A DNA stretch of 64,000 nucleotides, taken from the NCBI GenBank assembly GCA_964016885.1, contig OZ024740.1:230826001-230890000 (forward strand). Direction: 5' to 3'. A program made the translations under genes and the position numbers. The notes under the pieces were generated by a model. That model was not told the DNA's origin. It saw nothing but the letters and a program-made list of their open reading frames with translations, and did no database searches. This stretch comes from Eledone cirrhosa (lineage: Eukaryota). Position 1 is the first letter of the stretch, and every line of letters starts with the position of its first letter. Below are positions 12,612 through 27,726 of the stretch, piece by piece.

Positions 12612-14990
12612 ATCAGCCCCTCCGGATGATCAGTTACACTGGCCCGAACCACCAGAATCGAGACCGGCCTACACCACTGATAACATCAGGAAGGTGATTG
12701 CATCTTCCCTGCTGGTTCTGGTGCGGGTATTGACGGTCTACGACCTCAGCACATCAAGGATGGTATCTCATTATCGACCGGTGACGCCGGACTTGAGCTC
12801 TTGGAGAGTCTGACTCAGTTTGTGAATCAGTTCACTTCAGTGAACGTTCTCCTCTATATCCGCCCACTGTTCTTCGGTGCGAAATTATTCGGATTCAATA
12901 AGCCCAACGGAGACTTGGTTGCACCCTTCGTCGTTTTACTGCAAAGGTGTGTTTGCTATCGGTCTCTGATTCACTGTCGGAGGAACCCCCCCTCCCCCCA
13001 CCATCCCGTTAGGAGTGGGTACCAAGCTGGGATGTGAAGCTGCTGCCCACGCTACCAGAGCCTTTACCAACTTTCCCTCCAAGTCCCTCTGGGTGGTCCT
13101 CAAACTTGACCTCAAGAACGCCTTCAACTCCATCAGCCACGATGTCGTCCTCGTCTCAGTAAGATAGAGGCTGTATCACAACTCTACCACTTTGTTTGGC
13201 AGGCCTATCAGGAGCCCTCCTACCTTTCTTTTGGTGACCAAATCATCATTTCTGCCCCAGTAGTTCAACAGGGTGACCCGCTTTGTTTGCATTAGGCATT
13301 GATGACATCACCAACGTGGGGGTTGAGTGGATCTAAACGTTTGGTATCTTGATCTTTGTGGGGACCTCTGGATAGGGTTCTCACAACTGCTATCAAAATG
13401 ATTGAGGAGCTGGGCCGTCAGGGTCTCCAGGTAAATAGCTCCAAATGTGAGCTCTGGATTCTCGACCACCTAGCTTTTCAACATCAACAGACAATTGACC
13501 TGTTTGCAAAGTCCTTCCCTTGTATTGTGGTCCCTACCCTGTCAGCATAGTGTTCCTTTGGAGCCCCAATTACAAACCTAGCTTTTGAGACAATTTTCCA
13601 ATCCAAGAGGGTTAGCCTTGAGCAATTATTCAGGAACATTGAGGCAATCGAGCCCCATCAAGGTTTTTTATACTCAGGAATGACCTATCGATTCCTAAGC
13701 TTCTATATATGCTCAGAGTTTGCCCATCTCACAGATTTTCGTCATGTCTCCAACACTTCGACGACCTAATATTCGAGAGACTCAAGTGCTTGGTCAATGT
13801 CACACTCTCTCTAGAGTCCCGTGGTCAGGCTGTGTTGCCCAGCGATTTGGAGGCCTTGGTCTACATCAATGCTTGTCCCTCTCTCTTCCTTGCTTCTTTT
13901 CCTCCACGCATGCTTGCTCCACCCTGGTGGGCGACATCCTCTCCTTTCCGACATGGACTAATTCCAACAGGGAGATGGATGAAGCTCTCTTCTACAATGG
14001 ATAGAGTTGGGTTTGTCTGTTCCTGACAAGGTGGAGGACAAACGGAGACAGAGAGTTTAGGACAACAAACATTCAAAGGCCACATTTGTTTCTCTCTTGA
14101 ACCAATCAGATCAATTCTGAAGTGCTATTTACTGTCTTCTAGCACCAAATACTTAGGTGACTGGGTTGCTGCCCTACCCGTGACCAACATTGGTGGCCTA
14201 CTCGGCTTGGACAAGCGTCATGCCTCCATTGACCTCAGAGTGGGTGCCGAAGTCTTTACGGGTCTGAAATGTGTGGTGGGCTTCTCGATCCACAGGCCTC
14301 CACGGTCTATCTTGCCACCTGAATGCTGGTCGCTTAGTGCGTCACACGGAGCTAAACCTCATCATCAAGTAAGCTTTGGCCCGCACAAACACCCCTTTAA
14401 TTTTGAAACTGTCTGGGTTGTCTAGAATTGATAGGAAAAGGCCTGATGGTTTTATCCTATGCCCCTGGATAAGAGCCATGTGTCTTATCTGGGACATCAG
14501 AGTTAGTGACTCTTTTGCTTCTTCCCATATCGAACGGAACAACATTCTGAAATACCAAGATCTATCGGTTAACTACCTTTTCCAGCCTGTGACGTTCGAG
14601 ACATTTGGGGGAGTTGGGCCTCTGACTGCGAGGCTCTTGTCTTCACTGGTGGCTCACCTAACCGAGGTAACTGGTGATGCTCGTGAAGGCGCTTGGCTGT
14701 TCAAGCGCATCAGCCTCGCCATCACCTAAGGTAACCCTACGAACGTGCTGGCTTGCCTAAAAAATTATTAGAGGTTTTCCAGTGTTCCTCGCGATATCGT
14801 TATCTTTTGTTCTGGCTGCGATTTGTTTGTCCACCCCTTTCGCTTGCCTTTTGTTGTATGTGGTCCTAGATGTGTGTATTACCTGCTTGTGTGTGAGTGC
14901 CTTTTTTTCCTTTCCCTTTTCTTTTTTTCTTTTTATTTGTAATATTATGATGATGGTTATGTGACAAAATAAATGAAATTGTATTATATA
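12612..14990 (+). mobile_element. CRE-like RLE non-LTR retrotransposon (RT + RLE), degenerate
   Basis: Reads SFPAGSGAGIDGLRPQHIKD, GCEAAAHATR, KLDLKNAFNSI, VQQGDPL, WYLD, RPDG..L.PW..WD, FETFGGVGP; many stops and frameshifts. Confidence 0.85.
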
Positions 14991-15129
14991 TAATACCACG
15001 TACTATACTTAAACGGACTCACCTATGCATCGAGTGCTCAAGTTGGTGAACCAATGGTAACATAAGATTACTATAAGCTATATATATATATATATAGTAT
15101 TAAGGATACTATTTATGGTTATGTATATA

Positions 15130-15590
15130 ATAAAACCTTATATAGTTATATATATTTTAAACTCTTGTTTTACATGTATCAATCTGCCGCACTATAATAC
15201 TGTATAAATAAGACACGCGTGCATGCCACACGTGAGAATGTTTCGTACACTGACTACTCTAAACTTTCCTCTTGCTTTATCTTCATAAACTGCGAATGTT
15301 TTATTTTTATTTTTATTTTTATTTATTTTAATTTTAATTTTAACTTTAATTTTGTCCTTTAATATGAATGTATGTAAATTGCCATATTATTATATTATTA
15401 TGATGGATGTCAACCCACTGTGGGTCAATATATACATATGTTTTTATATGTCTCTTGTGTTGAAAAGGAGGTCAAGTATGTAAAAATCACTAAATAGTTG
15501 CTCCGAAGAATCCAAACCTCGGTTTGGAGGAAACAATTGTAAGCAAATAAATGATTTAAACTGAACTTTGATTCATGTAATTTCTATAAT
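15130..15590 (+). mobile_element. Degenerate 3' end of a Penelope-like element
   Basis: 15133-15183 reads KPYIVIYILNSCFTCIN, resembling KEYARGTRKCTLCINEK in the PLE at 59115; a hammerhead follows. Confidence 0.5.
15498..15546 (+). ncRNA. Type I hammerhead ribozyme, variant core (CCGAAGA, A10.1/G11.1)
   Basis: Stem I TTGCT/AGCAA; CCGAAGA; A-TCCAAAC(CTCG)GTTTGGA-G; GAAA; C-AATT-G palindromic stem III; GUA site after 15541. Confidence 0.75.
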
Positions 15591-15741
15591 TTCTCTCTCT
15601 ATATATATATATATAGAGAGAGAGAGAAAGAGAGAGTATTCAATGTATAATACTTAACTGTGACTAGTAAAACCACTATTCAACTAAGAACTCCATACAA
15701 AAGTAGAGTGTAGATCTTATTATATGACGAATATGTCCTAC

Positions 15742-18198
<2,457 letters not shown>

Positions 18199-18274
18199 AT
18201 TGGTGTTGGATGCTTAAGGCATCTGTATGCGGTAGGACGTTTGAGCACTCCATGCTCTCATAGAGCAGAGTATG

Positions 18275-18389
18275 ATATCACAAAAAAAAGAGAATCAGTG
18301 TTGCGACGAATGGAATTTATTGTACATATTACAATATTGTAATATGTACAATAAATTTCATTCGTTGCAACACTGATTCTCTTTTTTTT

Positions 18390-18396
<7 letters not shown>
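18275..18396. repeat. Spacerless 122-bp palindrome
   Basis: Arms 18275-18335 and 18336-18396 are reverse complements apart from 2 positions. Confidence 0.92.
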
Positions 18397-18419
<23 letters not shown>

Positions 18420-18434
<15 letters not shown>

Positions 18435-19060
18435 CTTTGTCTGTCTGTCTGTTTGTATGCATTCTCAAACGGCTTGACCAAATCAAATCAAATTTTACAA
18501 GGTAAATAGTATTAGAGCCCAGGTGTGTCAGCATGTAATTTTTATTTTCATTTGGATTAAAACAATATAACATTTTATCTAAAGTAATCTTTCTATAGTC
18601 AACTATAGTAAACCAACATCACAACGTTACCTTTTGTGTGTGTGTCTGTGAGTGTGTGTGTGTTTGCAAGTTCGTTACGCACATTAGGCCTCAGAGAATT
18701 AAATACACACACATCTACACATACATATAGCCTTAGTAAGTTGCATACACATTATCTTCACACACAGACAATTAAACACACACACATCTACACATGGGTA
18801 TACATATGTGTTGACAAACAAGTAATAGGTGTGTGTGAATGTATGTCTGTGTGTGTCTTAGTATATGTATATGAGTATGTGTGTGAGAGTGTATGTATGA
18901 TAATTTTTATTTTCATTTGTATTAAAACAATAGAAAACAACACCCACATTTGTATATGAATATGTATGTGCCTGTGAGTGTGTGTGTGTGCGTTCATTAG
19001 GTACGTTATTAAACACACACACATCTACACGTACATATACATATTTAGTGACTGAGATGT
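18420..19060 (+). mobile_element. Non-autonomous Helitron, 3'-truncated
   Basis: Matches 24654-25200; distal part is the reverse complement of 16690-17030. Confidence 0.75.
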
Positions 19061-19862
19061 TTCATCTTTTGTTTAAATTTTTTTGATTTTTTGCAAAGAA
19101 AAATATTTAGAATTATTATCATCATTATTACTGTTGTTGTTGCTGTGTGATTGCTTGATGACAGTCAGGGGTTTCTCGCACATGGCCGCACTAGCCACCC
19201 CACTACCGTGCGCAGCCGTAACATGGTTAGTGTTACTACTGTTTACGCAGTTATTGCTATACTTGTATGTTGTGCTCATAATTTTTTTTGGCAATAATAT
19301 ACCCAGGATGGACTGGGTGCTTTTGTTCATACCACCAGCACTAGAAAGGTTGTCTTACTGGACTCAGGAGCCCTCTCCACCCCATACTTTGGCATGGTTT
19401 TTAATAGCTGAATGCTACTACCATTATTTCCATTTTACAGCATGGACCGGGGGCTTTTATTCGTGCTACCAGCACTAGGGAAGTCGTCTTACTGGACTTA
19501 GGGGGCTTCTCCACCCCGCACCAATTTATACATGACAAAAAAAAATAACATGACAAGAAATCCCATATGTCATAAAATAAATAGGATGGGTTGGGGGTCT
19601 CAATATGTAAACTAAACGAGTAACTCTGGTTTTTAATGACAACATAGAAAAATTACCAATTTTCCAACTCCCCTGCTTATCCCCCACCCCCACCCACCCA
19701 CCTTATTATTAGGGACCTGAGAGTAAATTGAAGTGAAAGTAAAATCAGTCGACCAGATTGATGTAAGATTGATGTACGGGATGTTTTGATTAAACAATTG
19801 GAATTGAAGAAGAGATTGAAAATATGTAGTTAACTCCAAATATTTATAAAATATATAATATA

Positions 19863-21164
19863 CGAGGGGGGATCAAAAAGTTCGCGGAATTTTTCAGAAA
19901 TTATTCTATTTTTCAAAAAATATGACTTACCTTCAATTTATTTTTCTACATAGTTGCCATCCAGGTCAATACACTTCACAAAGCGATGCTTCCAACTCCG
20001 TCAGCCGTCTCTAAAGAAAGTTGAAGGCCTTGTTCGAAGCCATGTGTTGGCAGTGTTTTTAGCTTCTTCAACACCACTAAAACGGGTTCCTTTTAGCATT
20101 TCTTTGAGTTTTGGAAAAAGGAAAAAGTCTGATGGGGCTAAATCTGGACTATAAGGCGGGTGAGGAAGCACTTCCCATCGAAATTCTCGAAGAACTTCTT
20201 TTGCAACCCGCGCATAATGCGCTGGTGCATTGTCATGGTCAAACAAGATCCCACCATGAAGTTTCCCTTTTCGTTTCTTGACTAATGCCTCTTTCAGTTT
20301 CCTTAAAACATTTGCATAGTAAGCTCTTGTCACAGTTCTTTGACCTTCAAGATAAACTATTAGTATCACCCCATCTGAATCCCAGAAAATGGTGGCCATC
20401 ACTTTTTTATCCGACTTTTGAGATTTGAACTTGATTGGCCCCGATGATCCATGTGGAAGCCACTGTTTTGACTGCTGTTTGGATTCAGGATCATACTGGT
20501 AGATCCAGGTTTCATCTCCGGTGATGATTCTGGTCAGGAAATGCTCTTCATCAACTTCAATTTTGTTTAATATCGCCAAAGACAGATCACTTCGAAGAAT
20601 CAGCTGATCAGGGCGCAACGCTTTTGGGACCCATCGCACTGAAAGCTTGCTTAGTCCCAAATTATCGTGCAGAATTGAATTTGCCGAACCATATGAAATG
20701 TCTAGAGACTTAGCTAACTGATTAACTGTTATTCTTCGATCTTCTTCAATTAAAGTCTGAGCAGCCTCAACATTTGGTCATTTTTTGATGTTCCTAGTCT
20801 TCCACTGCGATGGTTGTCTTCAAGGTCATCTCTCCCTTGTTTGAATCGATGAATCCACTTGTAGACAGCAGTTTTCTTTGGAGCAGTAGTACCGTAAACT
20901 TTAACTAAAGCCTCCATAATCTGTGTCCCTTTCCATTTGAGTTTCACCAGAAATTTGATATTCGATCTTATCTCAAAATAACTATTTTCCATTGTTCCAA
21001 AAAGAGTTTTTTTTAAAGAGTGTCAGTACTGTACAATAGTCCACGCATGACTGATTGCAAGTGACTAAAACACCCAGTGACAATGTTGTGACATGTTTAA
21101 TATTGTTTTAACCTATTTTTTTCTTACTACGATAAAATTCCGCGAACTTGTTGATCCACCCTCG
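19863..21164 (-). mobile_element. Full-length mariner DNA transposon (Hsmar2/irritans-like TIR)
   Basis: TIRs cgaggggggatcaaaaagttcgcggaatttt / aaaattccgcgaacttgttgatccaccctcg; TA on both sides; about 1.3 kb. Confidence 0.95.
19938..20992 (-). pseudogene. Mariner DD34D transposase, disrupted
   Basis: RWVPK, ITGDETW, HDNAPAH, YSPDLAPSDFFLF, ...GNYVEK*; frameshift near 20770 and premature TGA at 20001. Confidence 0.92.
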
Positions 21165-21179
21165 TATATATATATACAT

Positions 21180-21635
21180 AGGTTGACTGAGGATATGGGA
21201 CTGTCTGTCTTTATCCTGAGCACTCCCTATTTTGAATTTACATTCTAAAGACTTTTTTTGAAACTGTCATATAATAGAAACCACACCCCTGGCCTGTTTT
21301 CTCCTATTCTCCCTTCTTACCTTTTCTATGCACCAGTGTCCTTCTTTGTCTGCACATTGGACAACACTCCTTATTCGCTTCTGTTTTACTATTTCTCTCC
21401 TTTCTATATTTTTCTCCTATTATTAAGTTCTTGCACACTCTATATTTGTGTAATTTGCCTAAAAGCCTAACTTGTCTCTACCTGTTTTGTTATGTTCCAA
21501 TGTGCACTGGAATGAATGGTATTGACCTTAATGCACAGAAATTGTAGTGGTTTCCTGAGGAGGAGATGGGACTGTCCATCTTTCTATTGTTTTTTTCCTT
21601 TGTCTTTGTCCTGTGCACTCCCTATTTTGAATATA
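21180..21635 (+). mobile_element. PLE pseudo-LTR-like remnant with partial terminal duplication and a split hammerhead
   Basis: Direct repeats about 21186-21237 and 21554-21632; GTGGTTTC-CTGAGGA near 21547 and GAAAC...TA-GAAACCAC at 21260-21284. Confidence 0.5.
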
Positions 21636-22024
21636 TATGTATATATATATATGTGTGTGTGTGTCATTATTTAACATAGAAATGGCTTTTACGTTACATA
21701 TAAATGAAATAGTTCTACTCCTGTATAAACCTTTTCTACATTAAATAATGATGTTCACACTCTATTTTGTATAGAAATAGTTTATTATTAGTTGTCAAGT
21801 GTGTCAAAACTTTCTGTTCCTGTTAACTGAGTTTGTGTAGACATGTTTTATGACATTAGCTAAACAAATATTTAGTGGTTCACTCATTCAATGTGCACCA
21901 GATATTAACCTTGCTTTTCTGTACCTCACTGTTCATATGTTGTATTTAGTTTATTAGCTATAACAAGCTGAAATGACCCATTATGACCTCAATTTATTGT
22001 CTTCATCAAATCCAAGAGTGGAAA

Positions 22025-22150
22025 GAAATAATTGTTTCTACTTTAGGCACAAGGCCAGCAATTACCCAGTTCATTACTGGTACTTTATTTTATCGACGCC
22101 GTAAGGATGAAAGGCAAAGTCAACCTCGGCGGGATTTGAACTCAGATCCC
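22025..22150 (-). mobile_element. Nin-type tRNA SINE fragment
   Basis: gagttcaaatcccgccgaggttgactttgcctttcatccttacgg...ataaaataaagtaccag; related copies near 12270, 28380, 34700, 40975, 44730, 55960 and 63060. Confidence 0.75.
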
Positions 22151-22491
22151 GCCGAAAGAAATAATGAACCTCAGTTGCTTTTAACAACTGCTACTTCTCT
22201 GAATTGAGAGATCACAACTCCAATCTTATGGTCGACCCTTACCTATGGTGATAAATCTTGGGTAATGACTGAAAGAATACAATTGCAAACACAAGTGGCC
22301 AAAATGGCATTCCTCTAAAGGGTCTTTGGAGTAATGTTACTCAATAGAGTGCATAACACGGAGATTAGAGAGTCTCTCCTCTTAGAGCTGCTACTTCTTT
22401 GAATTAAGAAAGACAGTGTTAGAAATAATTACTACATTCATAATGCAGGCAGATTTTGATGTCAAATCTTCAAGTAAAAAAGTGTCTTTTA

Positions 22492-22794
22492 CTCTTGGGT
22501 CCTAAATAATGGTGACGAGGAATTGGTAATTTTTCTAGGTTGTCTCTGTTAATTTTTTTAATATCCAGAATTGGTCTTTAGTTTGCATATTGAGACTTCA
22601 ACCCATACTATTTATTCTATAAAGTATGAGATTTCTTGTAATGTACTTTTTTTGTCATGTATAATGTTTTTTAATATAAATATATAAAGTAAATTAATTG
22701 TTGCAGGAATGCTACCACTTAAAATAAAATTTTGCCAGAGGGAAATTCTGAAAAATTAAAAAGTGGAGAGGAACGATTATTTGAGACCTGAGAG
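22492..22794. mobile_element. Tc1/mariner-type MITE
   Basis: Imperfect TIR ctcttgggtcctaaataatggt / acgattatttgagacctgagag flanked by TA; a lone matching TIR near 19705-19722. Confidence 0.65.
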
Positions 22795-23065
22795 TACATT
22801 GAAAAATATGGTGTATAACCTTGTTGTAGGTGTTATTTTAGGAAGTAGTTTTACACTTTACACTGTCATTTAAGTAGGATAATGTTTAAGTTTATCCTGG
22901 TATAATAATTTTACACAGAGCATCACTACCTACAATATGATACTGTCTACATATCATCAACATTTCTAATATTTCTTGAACCAGTGAATTGTTAAGCTAT
23001 CATGTCTTGCAATCATTTATATCACTTATACAACAAAGATTCTAAGCAGTTTATCCCCTTCTATT

Positions 23066-23385
23066 GTAAGGGTAAAGGGTAAAGACCCCCTTTGGTCATG
23101 AATGACCATAGGATTGCATGTAGAAAGTTTCCCTTCTGAGACACAAGTCCAGGCAAGGTGTGTTTGTGGAAGATGAGCAGTTACCCCTCTCCGTATCACC
23201 AATATTGTCCAAGGGAAAGGCAAAGGCCAATCCAGCTTGGCACTAGTGACATTGCAACTCATTTCTACAACTGTGTGAACTGAAGCAACATGAAATAAAG
23301 TGACTTGCTCAAGGGCAACTGGTCTGGGAATTTAACTTACAACTCCCGATTGCAAGCCCAACACTCTAACCACTAAGCCATGTGC
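23066..23385 (-). mobile_element. tRNA-CORE SINE with a different (TTTACC)-type tail
   Basis: Head catggcttagtggttagagtgttggg, CORE-like middle, tail tctttaccctttacc. Confidence 0.7.
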
Positions 23386-24653
23386 TTTATAAAGCAGGAA
23401 TTAAACTAGCAAAGTTCTCTATTTTGCCCTATTCACTACATTCCTCACTAAGTGCCTGGCTTTCATTTCCTCCTGTATCTTCAGTCATGTTTTTCTGGTC
23501 TTCCATTTCCTCCCACATTCATTTCTTTTACTCCTCTCACCCAGTTACTTTCATCCTTCCTTAACACATCGCCCAACCAATATTATCTTTTATATTTAAA
23601 AAAAAACAGAATTGATGAACATGGAAGGGTATCTGACGATAAAACATTGCCTTGAAAAAGACTTCCCTCATGTCAAAGGTTTGAAATGGTGAAAAACACC
23701 TTAACCCTGCATAATGTACAGGGAGACTTAACAGGTGTGCGCTGTAAAACATTGCATTCAAAAGGGTCCCATGTCATGGAAACTGCTTTAGTGGGATGTG
23801 AAGAAAAGGACCTTAAACTACTTGTTATTGTTGTTGATGGTTAAAAAACAGTCAAGCTCAGTAATATTTGTACTGAATGTAAACAGATGTTGAATCGATC
23901 AACAAGTCCCCAGACCTCATACGTTTACCGAGTGGGATGGAACTTGTCAAATTGGACCAAGGAAACAATATTTCCATTGGTCTTTCCATTGCTAATACTA
24001 TATAATGGTCACAACATTTGGCAGAAAGAGTAATGTGATATAAAGTGTCTTGCTCAAGGACATAACACAGAAGAGGAGAATGTGTTGGTATGGATATGTG
24101 ATGCGCATGGATGAAGAAATGTCAAATAATCTCAGTGGAAGGAAGCTGCAGCAGAGGAAGACCTAGATAGAATTGTGAGAGCTGATCTCAGATCACTAAA
24201 GCTCATAGAGGAGATTACAAAGGAACATGACAAGAATATTTTCATCATGGGGTCCTTTTTGCAACAGTTTTATAGCTGAAAACCCTTCCTGCCACTACCC
24301 CGTTAGTCATCCCTTACATATATATATATATATATAAACACGCACACACACACACACATATATATATGTGTGTGTGTATCATGTGTATCCCTGGTTTTAG
24401 AATAGGTACAACATATCCTTGTGTCATAAGAGGTGACTAAAAGGGTAGGGTATCCTACCATAAAAATTCTTGTCCAACCCCTGCCAGTATAGAAAAACAA
24501 TGATGATATTTGTGTAAATATAAATAGCACATATATATTTTTAACCAACTTATTTCAAGCAATTCTATGTATTCTGTATAAAAAGAAAATTAAAACCACA
24601 CATTTGTACATACACACACACATGCATGTATTACACACACACACACACATATA

Positions 24654-25469
24654 TCTATATATACATAAAATTCTTTGTCTCTCTGTCTGTTTCTATGCAT
24701 TCTCAAACGGCTCCACCAAATCAAATCAAATTTTACAGTATTAGACCCCAGGAGTGTTAACATGTAATTTTTATTTTCATTTGGATTAAAACAATATAAC
24801 ATTTTATCTAAAATAATCTTATTATAGACAATTATAGTAAAACACCACCACATCACATTTTGTAATGAGTGTGTGTTTGTGAGTTTGTTCATAGTTAAGC
24901 CTCAGAGAATTACTCATACATATAGCCTTAGTAAGTTGCATACACATTATCTTCACACACACACATCTACTCATTAATATACATGCGTTGACAGACAAGA
25001 GGTGAGCACGAATGTATGCTTGTCTTAGTATATGTATGTGAGTGTGAGTGTATGAGTGATCATTTTTATTTTCATTTGGATTAAAACAATACGATGTCAC
25101 ATTTTGTATATGAATATGTGTGTCTGTACGCACATTCATTAGGTACATTATTAAATACCCACACACATCTACATATACATATGTAGTGACTGACAAAAAA
25201 TGAGGTGAAAGCTATGTGTGTGTCTGTCTTAGTATATATATGAGAGTGTAGCAACAATTTATTCATTTGGACACCAACAAAAAATGACACATGAATATTG
25301 TTTACCCTAAGGTGTTTCAAGATTGACAGATTTTCATTTCTAAATTATCATTACAATTTTGATATTTTAAAATAATTATGAGAAAAAAAACAACATATCT
25401 TCATATTTATTGTTTACTAATCTGAATAAGAACAGCAGTAACCTGGGCAACGCTGGGTAATTCAGCTAG
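24654..25469 (+). mobile_element. Complete non-autonomous Helitron
   Basis: A|TCTATATATACATAAAA 5' end; ctgggcaacgctggg hairpin and CTAG|T 3' end; same terminus as 16619. Confidence 0.88.
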
Positions 25470-25848
25470 TATATATATTTATATATGGGAGAGAGAATGG
25501 AAGGCAAAGTGGAAAGGGTGTCAGGTTTGTATCATATATGCTAACAGACAGCTACCTCTAGCGATCTAGTTCAACTAGTTGTAAATAAATACTACAGCAT
25601 ACATAGCAGCTAAAATGGATCTCTATCACTTACGATGATGAGCATTCAGTTGTCTGATCAATTTTTTTTAAAGTTAACATGCAGGTGGCTGAGTATTCCA
25701 CAGACATATGTAACCTTAAAACGTTTTGCTAACTCAGTCAAGACCAGTTCTGGTTTTATGTAAGAAAACCACTCATTTTAATGAGTTCATACCTGTTTAA
25801 ATTAAAACCTTCCAATATTATCAACCATAATAACATGCCATGTGTGTT

Positions 25849-25887
<39 letters not shown>

Positions 25888-25894
25888 ATTTATC

Positions 25895-26395
25895 AGGTGG
25901 TGAATTGGCAGAGTTATTAGAATGTTGGATACAGTGCTTTGTGGTATTTGTTTCAGCTCGATAGTGTTGGTGCCATGATAAAATGCACGCGAGACACATT
26001 GTAAAGTGGTAGCGTTGGTGCCATGATAAAATGCACCCAGTGTACTCTGTAAAGTAGTAGTGCTGGTGCAATGATAAAATGGACACAGTACACACTGTAA
26101 AGTGGGAGTGCAGGTGTCACAATCAAGTAGTCGTACTGATGCCATGATAAAATTCACCCAGTACACACTGTAAATCGGTAGTACTGCTACCACGATAAAA
26201 TACATACGATACACTCTGTATCTGGGGCCATGATAAAATGCACCCAGTACACACTGCAATTTGACTGGCATCCAGTTGTAGAGACAATGCCAAAATATGG
26301 AACGTATGAGCAAGACATGGTTGTGGTTATTCAACTCTGTCTTGTGACAACTTTAACTCATGTCAGCATGGAAAATGGATGTAAAATGATGAAAG
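25895..26395 (+). mobile_element. Composite SINE with an internal array of RTE-UTR-like units
   Basis: SINE head, about 6 repeats of gccatgataaaatgcacccagtacac(t/a)ctgtaaa, RTE-like tail. Confidence 0.6.
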
Positions 26396-27687
26396 TTGGT
26401 ATCATGCTACATTAGATAATCCTGAAAATAAGGAGAAAAAAAAAAAAAAGAGAAAAATAAAACACACACACATAAAAAAAAAAACATTACTGAAATGGAA
26501 TTCAGAACTTTTTGTTTTATTCCAGGACAAATGTCTTATTTACTCCACCCCAAACCAACCCTCCTCTATTCACTCTTAATATCCTATAATGATTTAGCAG
26601 AAAATGTGCTTGGTAATTCAAATGTTTTTAATTGAGAGGTCGTTGTGAATATTTGTAGTATTTGAATAAAGGCTCCAATTTTTAATGGAATGTTTTTTGT
26701 ACTTTTCAAGAATGTCTTGCTAATGTGGTTTCATGTGGTCCAGGAAATTAATTCAAATGCAAATCTTGAACTAAAATTGTATGATTACATGAAAGATAAT
26801 ATTGGATTTCAATAAATAAACCTTTGTTACCTATTAGCATTATTAGGAAAGTTAATTATTTCACCAAATTTCTCATGATTCTTCATTTTCAAATATTAAA
26901 ATATCAGTGTTTTTTGTTAAATGTTTGGTCCCAAAAACAATTAATGGAAACAATTTAATTAGTAAAAAAAAATAAACAAACAAACAAAAAACTATTTAGT
27001 CAGGAAGAGGACATGGGTAATGGATTAAGCCTACTACCCAAATTTAATGTTACAGCTTACACTTATGTAGGTTTGGTTGGCTTCCTACAATGCTGCACTT
27101 CATAGGTTTTGCAGGTGTTTTAATATTAGGGGCCTCAATCTTATGAAAAACAATGTGAAATGAAGCATCAATAATGCAATGCACCACTTGATCCAGGAAT
27201 TGAACATATAACCTTGATTGTGAGTTCAACATGCCCTAACCAGTAATTTAATAATGGTTTATAATTTAGGCACAAAGCCAACAGTATTTGAGAGGAGTGG
27301 AAATTTGATTTTATTGACTGTTACTTTATTTTAATGACCTGGAGAGGATGAAAATCAGTGTTGACTGTCGTCTGTATCCCACCCTTCACCAAAATAGCTG
27401 GCTTTCATTTCCTCCATCTTTAGTCAGGTCTCTCTTGGTTTTCTTTCCCTGACTCTGCTTCCTTTCACATTCATTTACATCAGCCTGCTCACTCAGTGAC
27501 TTTCATCCTTCCTCATGACTCAACCATCTCATTCCATTTCTCTTCACAACATTCATCACTGGCTCTATTCGTCTGTCATTTTTATTTTGCCTCAGCACAT
27601 GACCTAACCATCTCATTCCATTTCTTATCACAATCTATATTTCCATCATTCTCTACATGTTCTGATGTTTGAGAATACACACATCAT

Positions 27688-27726
<39 letters not shown>

